DNA from: Octopus sinensis
Taxonomy: Eukaryota
Assembly (NCBI RefSeq): GCF_006345805.1
Contig: NC_042998.1
Span: 56,730,001-56,794,000, forward strand
Reading direction: 5' to 3'
DNA length: 64,000 bases
Each line of letters begins with the position of its first letter. Within the stretch, counting starts at the first letter, position 1. The translations under genes were made by a program, and so were the position numbers. Positions 39,500-51,835 of the stretch are shown piece after piece. The notes below the pieces were generated by a model, which searched no databases, had not been told where the DNA came from, and saw nothing but the letters and a program-made list of their open reading frames with translations.

Positions 39500-42140
39500 A
39501 AGTGTAACTGGCCCAGATGCAACCCAGTTACAGCAGCCCGACAGTTCAAACACATGTTGATCATACATATTCTTCAAAGAGTTCATCGGTGGAAGGGCAC
39601 ATCCCATTGGAGTGCTAGAAGCCTGCATGATACGCATCGAGTTTCAGGCAAGAGATTCTCCACACGCGCACACCATTCTATGGATAAGAGATGCGCCGAA
39701 ACTTGATGCGAACACTGATGAAGAAATCGCTGCATTCATCAACCAGCACTAGACGTGTTTCATTCCAGGGGAAGAAGAGAGCGATTTGAGACAGGTCGTT
39801 CTCTCTCTTCAGAAGCATGTGCACTCAGCAACATGCCGAAGAGGTGGATCATGCAGATTCTATTTCCCTCATTACCCCTCTTCTGAAACTGTGATTGCTC
39901 GCCAGCCTGACGTAGACGACTTTATGGTTGCAAAGCTCATGTTCAACGCTAAAGCAGATATCTTCAAAAAAGTTAGTGATGTCATTGAAGACAAGGACGT
40001 TCCCGAGGGTACTTCCTTCGAAGATTTCCCGCAAAAGGCTGATGTCAACCTGCAGGAATACCAGAGTGTGGTGAAACTAGTGAAATCAGGGAAACAGGTG
40101 GTTATGAAGCATCAACCTTCAGAAAGGTGGATCAACCAGTATAAGCCGAAGATCCTCAAAACCTGGCGTGCCAACATGGACCTTCAGTTCATCATGGACC
40201 CATACTCGTGCATCATGTTCATCACTAGTTACATAATGAAAAGTGAGAGGGCTATGAGTGAACTGCTGAGATAAGTAGCTGAAGAAAGCAGCGGTGAAGA
40301 CTTGAAATCAAAACTGAGAAAAGTAGGATCAGCTAAGGAAGTTAGTGCTCAGGAGACTGCTTACAGGATCCTCTCCCCACCACTGAAGAGGGCCAGTTGA
40401 AAAGTGGTGTTTATCAACACTGCACCAAATTACAAACGCGTGTCCATGCTTAAGCCGCAGAAGATCCTCCAAGGTATGGACAAAGACGATGAATATATCT
40501 TTTGTACGTCACCTTTTGACTGCTATGCCATGCGACCTGATGTCCTCGAAGATATGTGCTTTGCAGAAATTGCAGCCACTTACACAATTAGAGGAAAAGA
40601 TGTTCCTGATGATGCAGCTGACCACATCCCTGATGTTTTAGACGGACGTGATGCCATCGAAGGTGGTGGCAATAACTCAGATACCGAAGAAATTGCAGAT
40701 AAACTCCTGAAAGTTATCACTCTAAAAAACAGCTTGGGATGCATGAAAAAACGAAAGCGCCACTGCATCATAAGGTTCCACAAAGAAAAAAAGGAAGGAG
40801 AAGGCAGATACAGGAACCTGTTGATGCTTTACTATCCATAGCGAGATGAAGAGATTGATTTGAAAACTGACTATCCATCCTACCAAGAACACTACGGAAG
40901 CGTCAGACACTGGCGGCCTTAGGGAAGTAGTGTCTGTAGCAGTTAGCGCTAGAGTGATGATACCTGTCAACATAGACATCTCTGACGGTCTGGCAAATGG
41001 CATCTGTGGCACAGTTGTTGGCATCGACAACACCGGTAGTGACGTCCATACAATCCTCGTCAAATTTGACAATGAACGAGTAGGTAAACAGGCCATCGCT
41101 GACAGCCAGTACAAAAGGTCATTCCTGGGAGCAGTTCCCATCAAACGAATGGATGTTCAGTAGAGGGGTAGACGACCTGTGGAGGCAAAGCATTCGCAAT
41201 TTCCTCTCTCACTCGCCTGGGGTTGCACCATACATAATGTACAGGGCAAGACCATGGATAAGATTGTTGTTGCCATGCAAGGAAAAGGTTCCTGAATGCC
41301 TGGCCAGGCCTATGTTGCCTTCAGTTGTGTCCGACACTTGAATGGCCTCTTCTTGCTTGGATTTGATGCCACTGCAATCCGCACTAGACCATCTGTTGTT
41401 CGTGAAATGGACAGGCTTCGACAGCAAACGTCGTCTGAAACTTTGCCTTCTGCTACTCCTATAGTTACTCATGGAGGACTGCAGATCAGACTGCTCAATG
41501 TCAGGTCCTACTTTGATCATGAACAAGACTTGAATGCGGAAAACACTCTTCAAAATGTTGATGTGTTTTGTTTCGTGGAAACGTTCTTGAAGCAGAATCA
41601 ACAAGTAGCATCCATCCTACCGCAGTCGAAGATCACTAGAGCAGACAGGTCTGCTGCACTGGGGCATGGAGGTGGGGTGATGACTGTTGCCAAGCAGGAG
41701 ATCTCCCCCACGGATATACATTTGAATGTTAGTGGCTTAGAGTACACCGCTGTCGGGGTGACCAACTCGTCAACAAAAATCAATATCATCACCATTTACA
41801 GATCTCCTTCCGTACCAGTTGCTCCCTTCCTCACCAGCCTGCATCATCTGATAAGATCTTTGCCAAGGAATCATCTGACCATCGTCCTTGGTGATTTCAA
41901 CGTGGATCTCCTTGATTCTCCTAACCATTAGATCTTCACAACTATGAACCAGTTTGGGTTCGACCAACTAGTCCAAAAATCCACCACCGATTATGGAAGC
42001 CTGCTAGGTAATGTTTACGTGGACCAGGAGCAACTGATATGGAAGGAGATCTGTAAATGGTGACCAGGATCGGCGTCCACAAGTCACCGTAACCGATTGT
42101 TACTTTTCCGACCGTGATGTGTGTGTATCACTCAAGTTTT
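39500..42140 (+). mobile_element. Helentron (Helitron with APE endonuclease), internally deleted pseudogene
   Basis: Rep: NPVTAAR, RIEFQARDSPHAHTILW, QFIMDPY...YIMK, EVSAQE. PIF1 C-terminus: DGLANG, QFPL.LAWGCTIH.VQG.T, GQAYVAFS. Endonuclease: LLNVRS, FVETFL, IYRSP, GDFNVD. Confidence 0.9.
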
Positions 42141-42253
42141 AGGTAATTGATGTTTCTTTTTAGTTGTATAGTGAAACTAGCTTGCTGTTGTCATTGATGA
42201 TTCCGAGTGAGTTTTTAGAGTTTAAGAAAAAATCATATGGATGTGTTATTTTT

Positions 42254-42384
42254 TTACTCCAGCTAAGGAGGTTATGTTTTTGCCGGCGTTGGTTTGGGAA
42301 ATTGGGCGATTTTCAGCATGCGTGTATATCGATGGAAATGAGTTGCTTGGCAGAGGTTTGCGCTCTCCGAATACTTTTCTAGTT
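42254..42384 (+). mobile_element. Small HINE-like non-autonomous element
   Basis: Subterminal inverted pair CTCCAGCTAAG / CTTGGCAGAG; GGAGGTTATGTTTT start; CTAGTT end. Confidence 0.5.
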
Positions 42385-42475
42385 TTATGTAATTTTAGTA
42401 AATATATCTGTTAAAATGAGATGTCAGTGTATTTTCATTTTTGCGTTATTCAAATGACAAATTATTGACCGCACC

Positions 42476-42556
<81 letters not shown>

Positions 42557-44391
42557 GAACGTAACGGGCAACAATAAAAACATACGGACAAATACAAAGC
42601 TAAGGGCATTAAATGTTTGGAAGAAAGCAAGCGAATATGTGTGACAGCACAGACAAAATAACGAGAAAACGGAGAAAATGTTACGCGATTACAAATACAA
42701 ACAGCAACAACAACAGTTGTCTTTCGACTAATAAGGACAAGTTAAATTGAGCTGGCGTGTAAAATGGAAGCCTTAAGGCACAAACACACATGAATGTCAG
42801 GAGACCAAAAAAGGTGTTGTGCGGGCGGCAGTGAAGAATGAAAAATCATTCTTGGCTGAACACCGATCACATGGGAGGAACAGAGAGAGATAGGAGGCAG
42901 AGGGATTGAAAAATTAGGGAAGAAACTAGAGAGAGAGAGAGGGGAAGGGACAGAGGAAAAGGTACAAGAGAGATGACAGAGGAAAGTAGAGAGATTAAAG
43001 AAAGAGAATGCCAAGCATTGTGAGAGAGAGGGAAACGAGCAAAAGAAAAGAGGAATGAAAGAAGAAAGTCTTACAGAATTTAGATACATACTTACAATAC
43101 TAATCAAAAGGTGTACGTACGCCCAAAAGGTGTACGTACGTACGTCCAAAAAAAACGGAATAAGAACGTAACGGATGACAATAAAAATATATGGGCAGAT
43201 AGACGATAAAAAGAAGGACAAAAAAAAAACAGGATGGAACATTCGTGGCTTTCTTTCATCAGTCAAGCTTCCAATCATCATTACTGATCTTAAGTAATAG
43301 AAAAACCCTAAGGTTTATAAGATCCTAATTATTTAAAAGTGTCCTTCAAAGGATAATAGAGGCGAATTATGACAAAATAAAACCAACAAAAACATATCTG
43401 GAAATCTCCAACACTATCAACTCAACACAACTTGTTCACACATACAACGAGGGAGCGTCTACGTGTTCGCTTACCCTGCTAAAAATAGAAGTGAAATCTC
43501 TCTCAAATCACATCACTCTATCCTGGGGAAGAAATAGACACGTTGATTCATGTAAATTAACACAATTTTAAAATAATGGGATGGCCACGGCTAGCAGGTA
43601 TTTTCTCATAGGTGTCTAGGTTAACGAACAATATCATCAAAAACACAGCTTTACATCATTACATCGATAAAACACCGAATATGTGTGACTATGGAGGAAA
43701 TGAAACTTTCCCTCTTCCATTATGTAACACTGTTTTGAAACGGAATGTGGAATCGTGAGATGCAAGCTATCCTTATCCTTTATTGCAGTTGGAATATATT
43801 CATAGATATACACCTGCATCCGCTGACGTACACATATGGCTACTCTCAGATGTATTGCTTTTGTTTTCTATAATTTTAAATGTCAAATATGAGATGTTTC
43901 CATCTAATGGCAAGCTAACCATCGAATTCCCAGTTATCAGAGAGCTATTAGTGATAATTATGTTTCTGAATATGGCTGAATGATTCCAAACATCCATAGA
44001 ATTCCCATTTCCACTATGGAATTCACTATAATGCCAATAAAAATATATACAACAAATGATATTGAAATATGTCAGTGAAAGCTGTATACAACACACAAGT
44101 GGGCATAACGCAATGATATTAATGCTTAACGGTATAAAGTTCTGCATTTTTCCTTAGAGGGAAATAAGTCAACTGTGTTATATAAACCAACAGGGAAATC
44201 TCAAACGTACAAAAAAGAGCAGATAAAAAAAACTGTTTCTTTGAAATGTACAAAACATTTTCCCTTCCTAATTAACATTAATTGTACCGGATAGCTATCT
44301 TGTTTAGATTCTAAGAATGTTATCATCTAGGCATCCATCTTTTATGTAAAATATAGTCATCACAAACCAGCCTCTACTCTTCTGAATTTAT

Positions 44392-45621
44392 TACGAAGAC
44401 GAGCTAAAAAGTTCATAGACTGAATTATGAAGAAATGATGCTAGAGCTGTTATATCTTGCAGGTATTAATTTCATCTCTTTTTATTAATAAATGCATTGT
44501 TTCATCCCAGGTAAACCGACATCTGGCTGTCCAAAGACGACTTCAAAAGAATCTAGTAGCTACATCTCTTGAAAATGGATAAAATTTGGCATCGTGATTT
44601 ATCAAGTACTTGCAGAAAAAGGCTTTAACCACAAAAGGACATGATGCTGAAATGGTTGCTACATTAGGAGATGACGTTCCAGCTTTATCAACTGTGCGAA
44701 AGTGGGCAGCTGGATTTAGGAGAAGGAGGAGACTTGAAGATGACCCCAGGTTTGGACGTCCTGCAACTGCCACCTCTAAGGAAAACGTTGATCGTGTTAA
44801 CAACATGCTGATGGATGACACGTCATTGACTATAATTTAAATGACCAATGCTATTAGTGTATCTCATGAGAGACTTGAGAATATTGTGCACAATGAACTT
44901 GTTATGACGAAGGTTTCTTCTCGGTGGGTGCCACGTCTTCGGACATCTGATCGAAGGCACAGCAGGCTGATCACATCAATGGGAACAGCTGATATTGTTT
45001 GAGACAGATCCATCTGATTTCCTTGAACGTTTCCCAATCCAAGATAAATCTTGGCTTCACCCCTTTGAGACAGAGACCAAGAGATAATTCATGCAGTGGG
45101 AACACTGTCTTCTACTCCAAAGTACGCCAAAGGCGTTTCATCTGCAGGGAAGGTGATAGTCTGAGATGTTTGGAAAGTAAAAAGCATTGTGTTTATTGGC
45201 TATCTTCAAAAGGGCCACACCATTAGTGGAAAGTACTATCCTAACTTGATGAGGTAGCTGTGGGAGACTATCAAGACCAAACCGCCAAAAGTGGTCTTGT
45301 TTCATCCAGCACACAAGTCCTTCGGTTCAATGGCTGCTGTGCGTGACTGTAGCTTTGGACTGGTTGACCACCCTCCCTATTCTCCTGATTTCGCACCAAC
45401 TGGCTATCATCTGTTCCTCAACATGAAAGACAATTAGTTGGAGAACATTATCGCACTGATGATGACGTCCTATCTGCTGTCAATTACTTTTTTGAGTAGC
45501 AGGATGAAAGCTTCCTCACCAACGGGATAGAAGCACTGTAACATCGATAAATAAATCGCATTTGGTTGCATTCGATCAGAGTATCATGGTCAGTGTATGC
45601 ACTTTTCAGCCCACCATAGTA
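44392..45621 (+). mobile_element. Full-length but decayed mariner
   Basis: TA-flanked imperfect TIRs; MDKIWHR, LSTVRKWAAGF, DDPRFGRP, RWVPRL, HPPYSPDFAP; many stops and frameshifts. Confidence 0.85.
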
Positions 45622-46089
45622 GCAGTAGCAGCATGTCTTCACAACCCAGGGCCACCTAATTCGTTTGTTTCTCTCTGTTTTCCTGTTACTCCCGTTGTAT
45701 CTTACCTTCTACATACACCTTTTCAAACTTTGTCTCAAGTGCTCATCCCAGCCACATTTTTTCAGTAAATTATTGACTTACAGATTTTTAACTGAACAGT
45801 AATCAAACCCACCAGTCTTGAAAGATCTGTAAATACCATGGATACAGCATCACCCTCGCTGACTTATTAAAATAAGTTTAGGTCAAGAACCAAATTAACT
45901 ACCGCTTAGAAAGACTTAAATTCTCTTATCAATAAAACAATATAGATTGATAGCATTTTTGCATTTAGTTTGTAAAATTCTTGATGTGAAATTCTGTATG
46001 GAAACAAATTTTGTTGTTTCTTTTGGTGAGTCACTATGCCAAGAAAAAACACGGCATTGGTTATTTTTCATTTTATTGTTATTACTATT

Positions 46090-46622
46090 GAGTGAGAGAG
46101 CAGTGCATGCCATCAAAGTGACATTGGGGTAATATACTCATCATGACCATCCGTCTGATAAGGGTACACCAGGCGCATGCATCACAACCATATGTGCGCG
46201 ACATTTGTGATCTCATATCAAGACAAACAACGCCTGACCTTGCAAGTGGGGCCCAGTTAGAATTTTCTTCTGGTCGAGTAGCTCATTTCTCTCGAAAGGT
46301 CCCTGACTAAGGTTTGTTTAAAGATGATGAACGAAACATACATGTTTTCAAAGGTGAATTATGCGAACCTCTTGAATTCCTCTCAACACATGGCTTTGAT
46401 GCTGCCCTACTACTTCTGCACATGATCAGAGATTTACATATCGTCAGCCACTAAGGGACATGCTCACCTCGTTAAGGTCAAGCAACTGACAAGTAAATAT
46501 GTGGTATTGAGCAGAATATTTGTTGTAACCCGTCTTTTATACCAAGACAAAACAATATATGATAACACTTGCAATCAGTTAAGATCAGAAGTCATGAGAG
46601 CCACTGCCTCGTACTGCATCAG
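46090..46622 (-). mobile_element. Probable non-coding interspersed repeat
   Basis: Recalled from memory as a common octopus repeat; single copy here, so unverified. Confidence 0.3.
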
Positions 46623-47774
46623 GATATTAGAAGTTAAAGACCTCTTTGGTGTATATTCTTTATTCTTTTATTTTGTTTCAGCTATTTGACTGCAGCCATA
46701 CTGGAGCACCGCCTTTAGTTGAACAAACCGGCCCTTGGACTTCGGTCAGTCGATCAACCAGCAAGCTAGGTTTGTCAGTACTCTTTCGATGCCATTTACG
46801 ACCCCATCAGTAACATGCAGTCTTTACTCCAGGTCTAGAACTAAATTGATTAGTTGGTCAAATGGTTACCTAGCTGACTAATAATTAAAGAAGTGAAATA
46901 GAATCGGTGCATGTGTTTCGTATTGACATAACGACCGTCCCAAGATAAAAACAGACATAGATTGAATGCTGTAATTTACTAAAACTAAAGTGGTGCATAT
47001 GACATTATGCACAAGCGAAAACACTTGATGATAAAATACCAAATTTCGACAATTATCATTAAATAAACAAGATAACCGAGAGAAATTAAATTTTCATTCA
47101 ACTAAATTTTCGCTAACTGGGACTGTGCGAAGATAATGCATAATAGTTATTCCCTTTAAGAAAAAGTAGTTATTTAAACAAATTGTTTGAGGTAGCTGGA
47201 TATAGCTGTTGAAATCTTAGCAATAAGCCTTTAATGATGTTAAACAATTAGCTTCAGATGAGCACTGAAGTCGTGTCGTCACGGCAATTCTCCCATGGAT
47301 CATCTTTAAGTGATTTGAAATATTAATGTAACAACAGAAATGGAAATATTATCAATAGCATAACAAGTAACCGGCTAATGTAACTATTGAATACCAACAA
47401 AAGTTAATGTACCTATAGAAGACAAGATACTCCACTCCGAAAGATGGCAGAAATTTGCAATGTTGCTCCAGTGTGCATATTCACGTGCCCATACACATAT
47501 ATACACACATGATTATCGATTAAGTTTTGTTGATGATTATTATCCTGGTTGTTCTGTGAATGGAACTACTCATCATAGTATAGTGAAAGTGGTTGAGTAT
47601 TCCATAGTAACTTGGTATCTCTAACGTAATTCAAAGGCAAAATGCTGAGTGATGATCTGTGACAAGACTGGCATTTGAATTGTAGGTGTTGTCCTTTAGC
47701 TGGCTTTTAGCACATCTAGTTTCATTCTACGGTGGAACATCTGGCTTGACTAAGGGCCTCTCTGGTGTATATTC

Positions 47775-47990
47775 TTTATTCTTTATTCTTTTATTTGTTT
47801 TAGTCATTTGACTGCAGCCATGCTGGAACACCGCCTTTAGTCGAAGAAATCGCCCCCCAGGACTTATTCTTTCTAAGCCTAGTACTTATTGTATCAGCCT
47901 CTTGTGCTGCACTGCGGGTTTACGGGGACGTAAACACACCAACATTGGTTGTCAAGCAACGGTGAGGGAACAAACACAGACACACAAACA
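47775..47990 (-). mobile_element. SINE family A 3' half (another fragment at about 46655-46740)
   Basis: GTCATTTGACTGCAGCCATGCTGG...GGTTGTCAAGC. Confidence 0.7.
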
Positions 47991-48034
47991 TATACATACA
48001 TACACACGCACACACCCATACTCACACGTATGGA

Positions 48035-48339
48035 TGGATAATAAAACGAAATGGTTTACACATGGTAGCTTACTGGTAAAGCACGGTCACTTTCACAGTG
48101 ATCGTTATGTATATGGCAAATGAAAGACAAGATGGAATATACGAGAATTTATTATTAATCACGGCAATGGTTTCGACACATCTAGCATCGATTCCGCATG
48201 GGTGGGACACTCAACAACTGGTTCAATCTCGTATATTCCATTTTCCGTCTTTCATTAGCCATATACATAACGATCACTGTATAACTGACCGTGCTTTACC
48301 AGTATGCTACCAGCTGAAAGCCATTAGTTTTATTATCCA
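48035..48339. repeat. Inverted repeat (arms 48035-48146 and 48227-48339) just upstream of the PLE ORF
   Basis: About 112-bp inverted arms with an 80-bp spacer. Confidence 0.85.
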
Positions 48340-48396
48340 TTAACCACAACCGATTTTCGATTCTCGGGAGGTGCTATACGGTAGCGTCCCAAGGTG

Positions 48397-48498
48397 ATGG
48401 ATAAAATAACACTGGATGTTTTGCTAAAGGACATAGCTATACCCTGTAGGAAGGATTATATACGTGATCTTTTGGAGAAACGAACCGATTTGTACGTA
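48397..48498 (+). pseudogene. Penelope-like ORF N-terminus
   Basis: MDKITLDVLLKDIAIPCRKDYIRDLLEK continues as FVRKMR*KAFFFEK across the mariner insertion. Confidence 0.7.
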
Positions 48499-49753
48499 CG
48501 AGGGGCGTTCAATAAGTAATGCCCCTGACCCACTTCCCATAGCAGTAGAGCAACGAAACTTAGCACAGTTATTAGTCTTTTTCTACATAGGAACCACCCA
48601 GAGTTACGCATTTCTCCCATCGTTTGATGCGGCTCTGGAGACCGTTTTTATAGAAGAACCCAGCTTGGTCCTCCAACCTCAACGTGACTTCAGAAATCAA
48701 GGCTGCATCATCTGGGAAACGCTTTCCTTTCAAAAACAACTTCATGATTGGGAAGAGGTGAAAATCAGAGGGTGCAAGGTCAGGAAAGTAGGGGGATGGG
48801 GAGGAGTTCATAGCCATACGCCTGTGCTTCTGATCTGGCGACAAGCGAGTTGTGGACCGGAGCGTTGTCCTGCAGGAGGAAGATGCCTTTGCTGATCTTG
48901 CCCCCGCCTCTTGATTTTTATAACTTCTCTTAATTTCCTCAAAAGTGAAGCATAATAGGCTCCTGCAATTGTGGTACCCTTTGCCAGGAAATCTGTCATC
49001 ACTACTCTGTCCTGGTCCCAGAAGACTGTGAGCATGACCTTGCCAGCGGAGGGCTGCACCCTTGCCTTCTTTGGAGGGGGTGAGTCACGGTGCTTCCACT
49101 GCATTGACTGGGATTTGGTCTCTGGATCATCGTGATGGATCCAGGTTTCATCCTGTGTAATCAGTCTTTTGAAAAATTTTGACTCATCTTCTTGGCACAT
49201 CTCCAAATTCACCCTCGAGCACTCGACGCGTTCTTGCTTCTGGAAAGGCGTGAGCAACCTGGGAATCCATCTGGCAGACACCTTTTGCATATGCAAATGG
49301 TCATGAATGATAGTTTCCACAGACCCGGTACTAATCTTGACCTCATGGGCTATTTGGCGAATAATTATGCGTCGATCTTCCAAAATGGCAGCCTCAACTT
49401 GACGGACACATGCCTCATCAATGACAGAAGGGGGCGACCAGATCTGGGAGCTGTTTCCACAGAGTTCCGACCATGTTTGAATTCACGATGCCAGCGTTTT
49501 ACAAGATCATATGATGGGGCATCATCACCATAAGTTATTTTCATTTCATCAAAAGTCTCCCGTGGTGTGCGTCCTTTCAAATACAAAAACCGGATCACTG
49601 CTCGACACTGAACAGGCTCCATTTCACACTTGACTCGGTTCAAACACCTGTAAATCAGAAACCACAATTAATTCAGAGCTGTAATTTGCCACTTACTCTA
49701 TAGAGATATAAATGATTGCACATGCAATCATTACTTATTGAACATCCCTCGTA
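48497..49753 (-). mobile_element. Near-intact mariner (DD34D) with TA TSD
   Basis: 23-bp TIRs CGAGGGGCGTTCAATAAGTAATG / CATTACTTATTGAACATCCCTCG with 2 mismatches; transposase MEPVQCRAVI...WIPRLL...TQDETW...QDNA...HPPYFPDLAPSDFHLF with two frameshifts. Confidence 0.95.
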
Positions 49754-51056
49754 AGATGCGGTAGAAAGCTTTCTTTTTCGAGAAGGAGCTTAAACCAAAC
49801 GACAAACCTGGACATGATTACCTACTAAGAAAAGTATTCAAAGCCAGAAAGAACCCACTGACTAACCAACACCTAACCAGATTTGAAGAAGAATTATATA
49901 GTATGGTTAAGAGCGTGGAGGTCAGGAAGTACCCTAGAAGGTGTAATATACATCAATACATTACTTGTCGACACACCAAGAAAGCTCCGGGGATACTTGT
50001 ACTAACGGACAAAACAAGTAACATTTACATTGTTGATTGTGAGCTATATAAGTCTATGGTTAGAAAGGAATTACGCAGCAAATATAGACACACTAGTAAC
50101 GATGTATTAAAACGAATTAAATATACAGGGCTACAAATCGTCAGAGATATAACCATAGATGATAGAACCGAACCCTACGTCTCTCGAAAACCCCAAATTA
50201 TGCTTAAGGACCATAAGCCTAACTTCCTTTGGACTCCACAGTTAGATTGATTTGTTCTTCTAAATCCGATATAGGTATTATTAGTAAAAACAATTCATTG
50301 ATAGGGTAATATCCGTCCTTATGTCTAAAATTAGATTAGCCCTCTGGTCCGATACCCAAGAGGTGGCTGGATGGTTTAAGCTTCTAGAAATGAGTAAGAA
50401 TAGAAAAATTCTTGCTACTAGATATAGAGAGCTATGATGCCACTATTAACCCGATCGTTCTTAATCAAGCCCTGATTTTTAGCATAAAAAATTCCGATTT
50501 GTCCCGACACGAAATAGATATTATATTTGTCGCGCGAGCAACTCTAGTAGATTTTGATGGTAGATTATGGAGAAGATTAGATAGGGAGAATGCATTTGAT
50601 ATAGGCAATGGGCTCATATGATTCTGCTCAGGCCAGTGACCTAGTCGGAATATATATCTTTTCATTAATCCTATTTTCCCTTTCGGAAGTAACAGGGGGG
50701 GGGTCTATATAGGGATGACGCCTTATTTTTTCTAGACAGAATTAACAGAGTTCAGTTAGAAAGGCATACGAAAAATTTCTTTAGATTTTTCAAAAATTTA
50801 GGACTAAACATTACTATGGGTAAAGATTATCGTAGAGTGAATTTTCTTGACGTTACCTTCTGTCTTGATACTGGATTATTTAAACCATTTCATAAGCCAA
50901 AAGATCATATTAAGTACATTAACGTAGCATCCAACCATCCACCCTCGATTATACGGGGACTTGTTAAGAATATTTCTACACGAATCTCTAGATTAACTAC
51001 TAACAATAACATTTCCGAATCTCACGCAACTTGCTATAATGCTGCTCTAGCTAGGG
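49752..51056 (+). pseudogene. Penelope-like reverse transcriptase, decayed
   Basis: TDKTSNIY, LKDHKPNF, FDI.AMGSYDSAQASDLVG, GLYRDDA (50702-50722), VNFLDVTF, YINVASNHPPSII; cut by a SINE at 51057. Confidence 0.9.
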
Positions 51057-51325
51057 TTCAGTCTCAATGCGTGACACCTTCGGCAAGTGTTTTCTACTAT
51101 AGCCTCGGGCCGACCAAAGCCTTGTGAGTGTATTTGGTAAACGGAAACTGAAAGAAACCCGTCGTATATATAGATATATGTGTGTGTATATGTTTGTGTG
51201 TTTGTGTTTGTCCCCCCCACCATCGCTTGAAACCGATGTTGGTGTGTTTACGTCCTCGCAACTTAACGGATCGGCAAAATTGACCGATAGAATATGTACT
51301 AGGCTTAGAAAGAATAAGTAAAAGA
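51057..51325 (+). mobile_element. SINE family A, truncated
   Basis: GTTCAGTCTCAATGCGTGACACCTTCGGCAAG...GCTTAGAAAGAATAAG. Confidence 0.8.
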
Positions 51326-51341
51326 ATATATATATATATAT

Positions 51342-51724
51342 ACTAGCAGTATCGCCCGGCGTTGCTCAGGTTTGTAAGGGAAATAACTATAAAGCATTTT
51401 TAGAGAATTATAGCCAAAAAATAGCAAAAAAATGGAAAAAAATGATGGTAAATTTTTTTTTGAGATTTAAAAAAGGTGGAGTTGCGTCCCCTAGACAGTT
51501 TGTGGTTCGTGTTTCTGATTTTCGACCCCATGTCGAATTTATCGATTTTTTTCAGAACTGGGGGAACTTTTCAAAGTTTTCGCTGCGTTAGTTTTGAATT
51601 ATGACATTGGGCTATGTGTGTGTCAAGTTTCATCAGAATCGGTTGAAAGCCGTGGTCAGGGTGAGGGTACAAGCAAACAGACACACAGAAACACGCACAG
51701 ACAAACTGCCGTTTATATATAGAG
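51342..51724 (+). mobile_element. Non-autonomous Helitron/HINE-like element
   Basis: ACTAGCAGTATCGCCCGGCGTTGCTC start shared with 8710-9101; ends ACAGACAAACTGCCGTTTATATATAGAG. Confidence 0.6.
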
Positions 51725-51800
51725 ATATATATATATATATGTATGTATTGGCGATTTTTTTCCCTCCGTCTTCCCTTCTCTGGATCTTTCCTTGTCCTAT

Positions 51801-51835
51801 GTTTCTGAGAAAGAGCTCCGCTCGAAACATAAAAC
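51801..51835 (+). ncRNA. Degenerate minimal hammerhead motif (G8A)
   Basis: GTTT-CTGAGAA-A-GAGC(TCC)GCTC-GAAA-CA-TA-AAAC. Confidence 0.45.

Noticed and set aside
42555-43290. Possible HHR-bearing pLTR on the minus strand (CTGATGA at about 43256; diverged direct repeat at about 42556 and 43165)
   Set aside because: No GAAA with compatible stems near the core. It may be a PLE remnant, but a ribozyme is not supportable.
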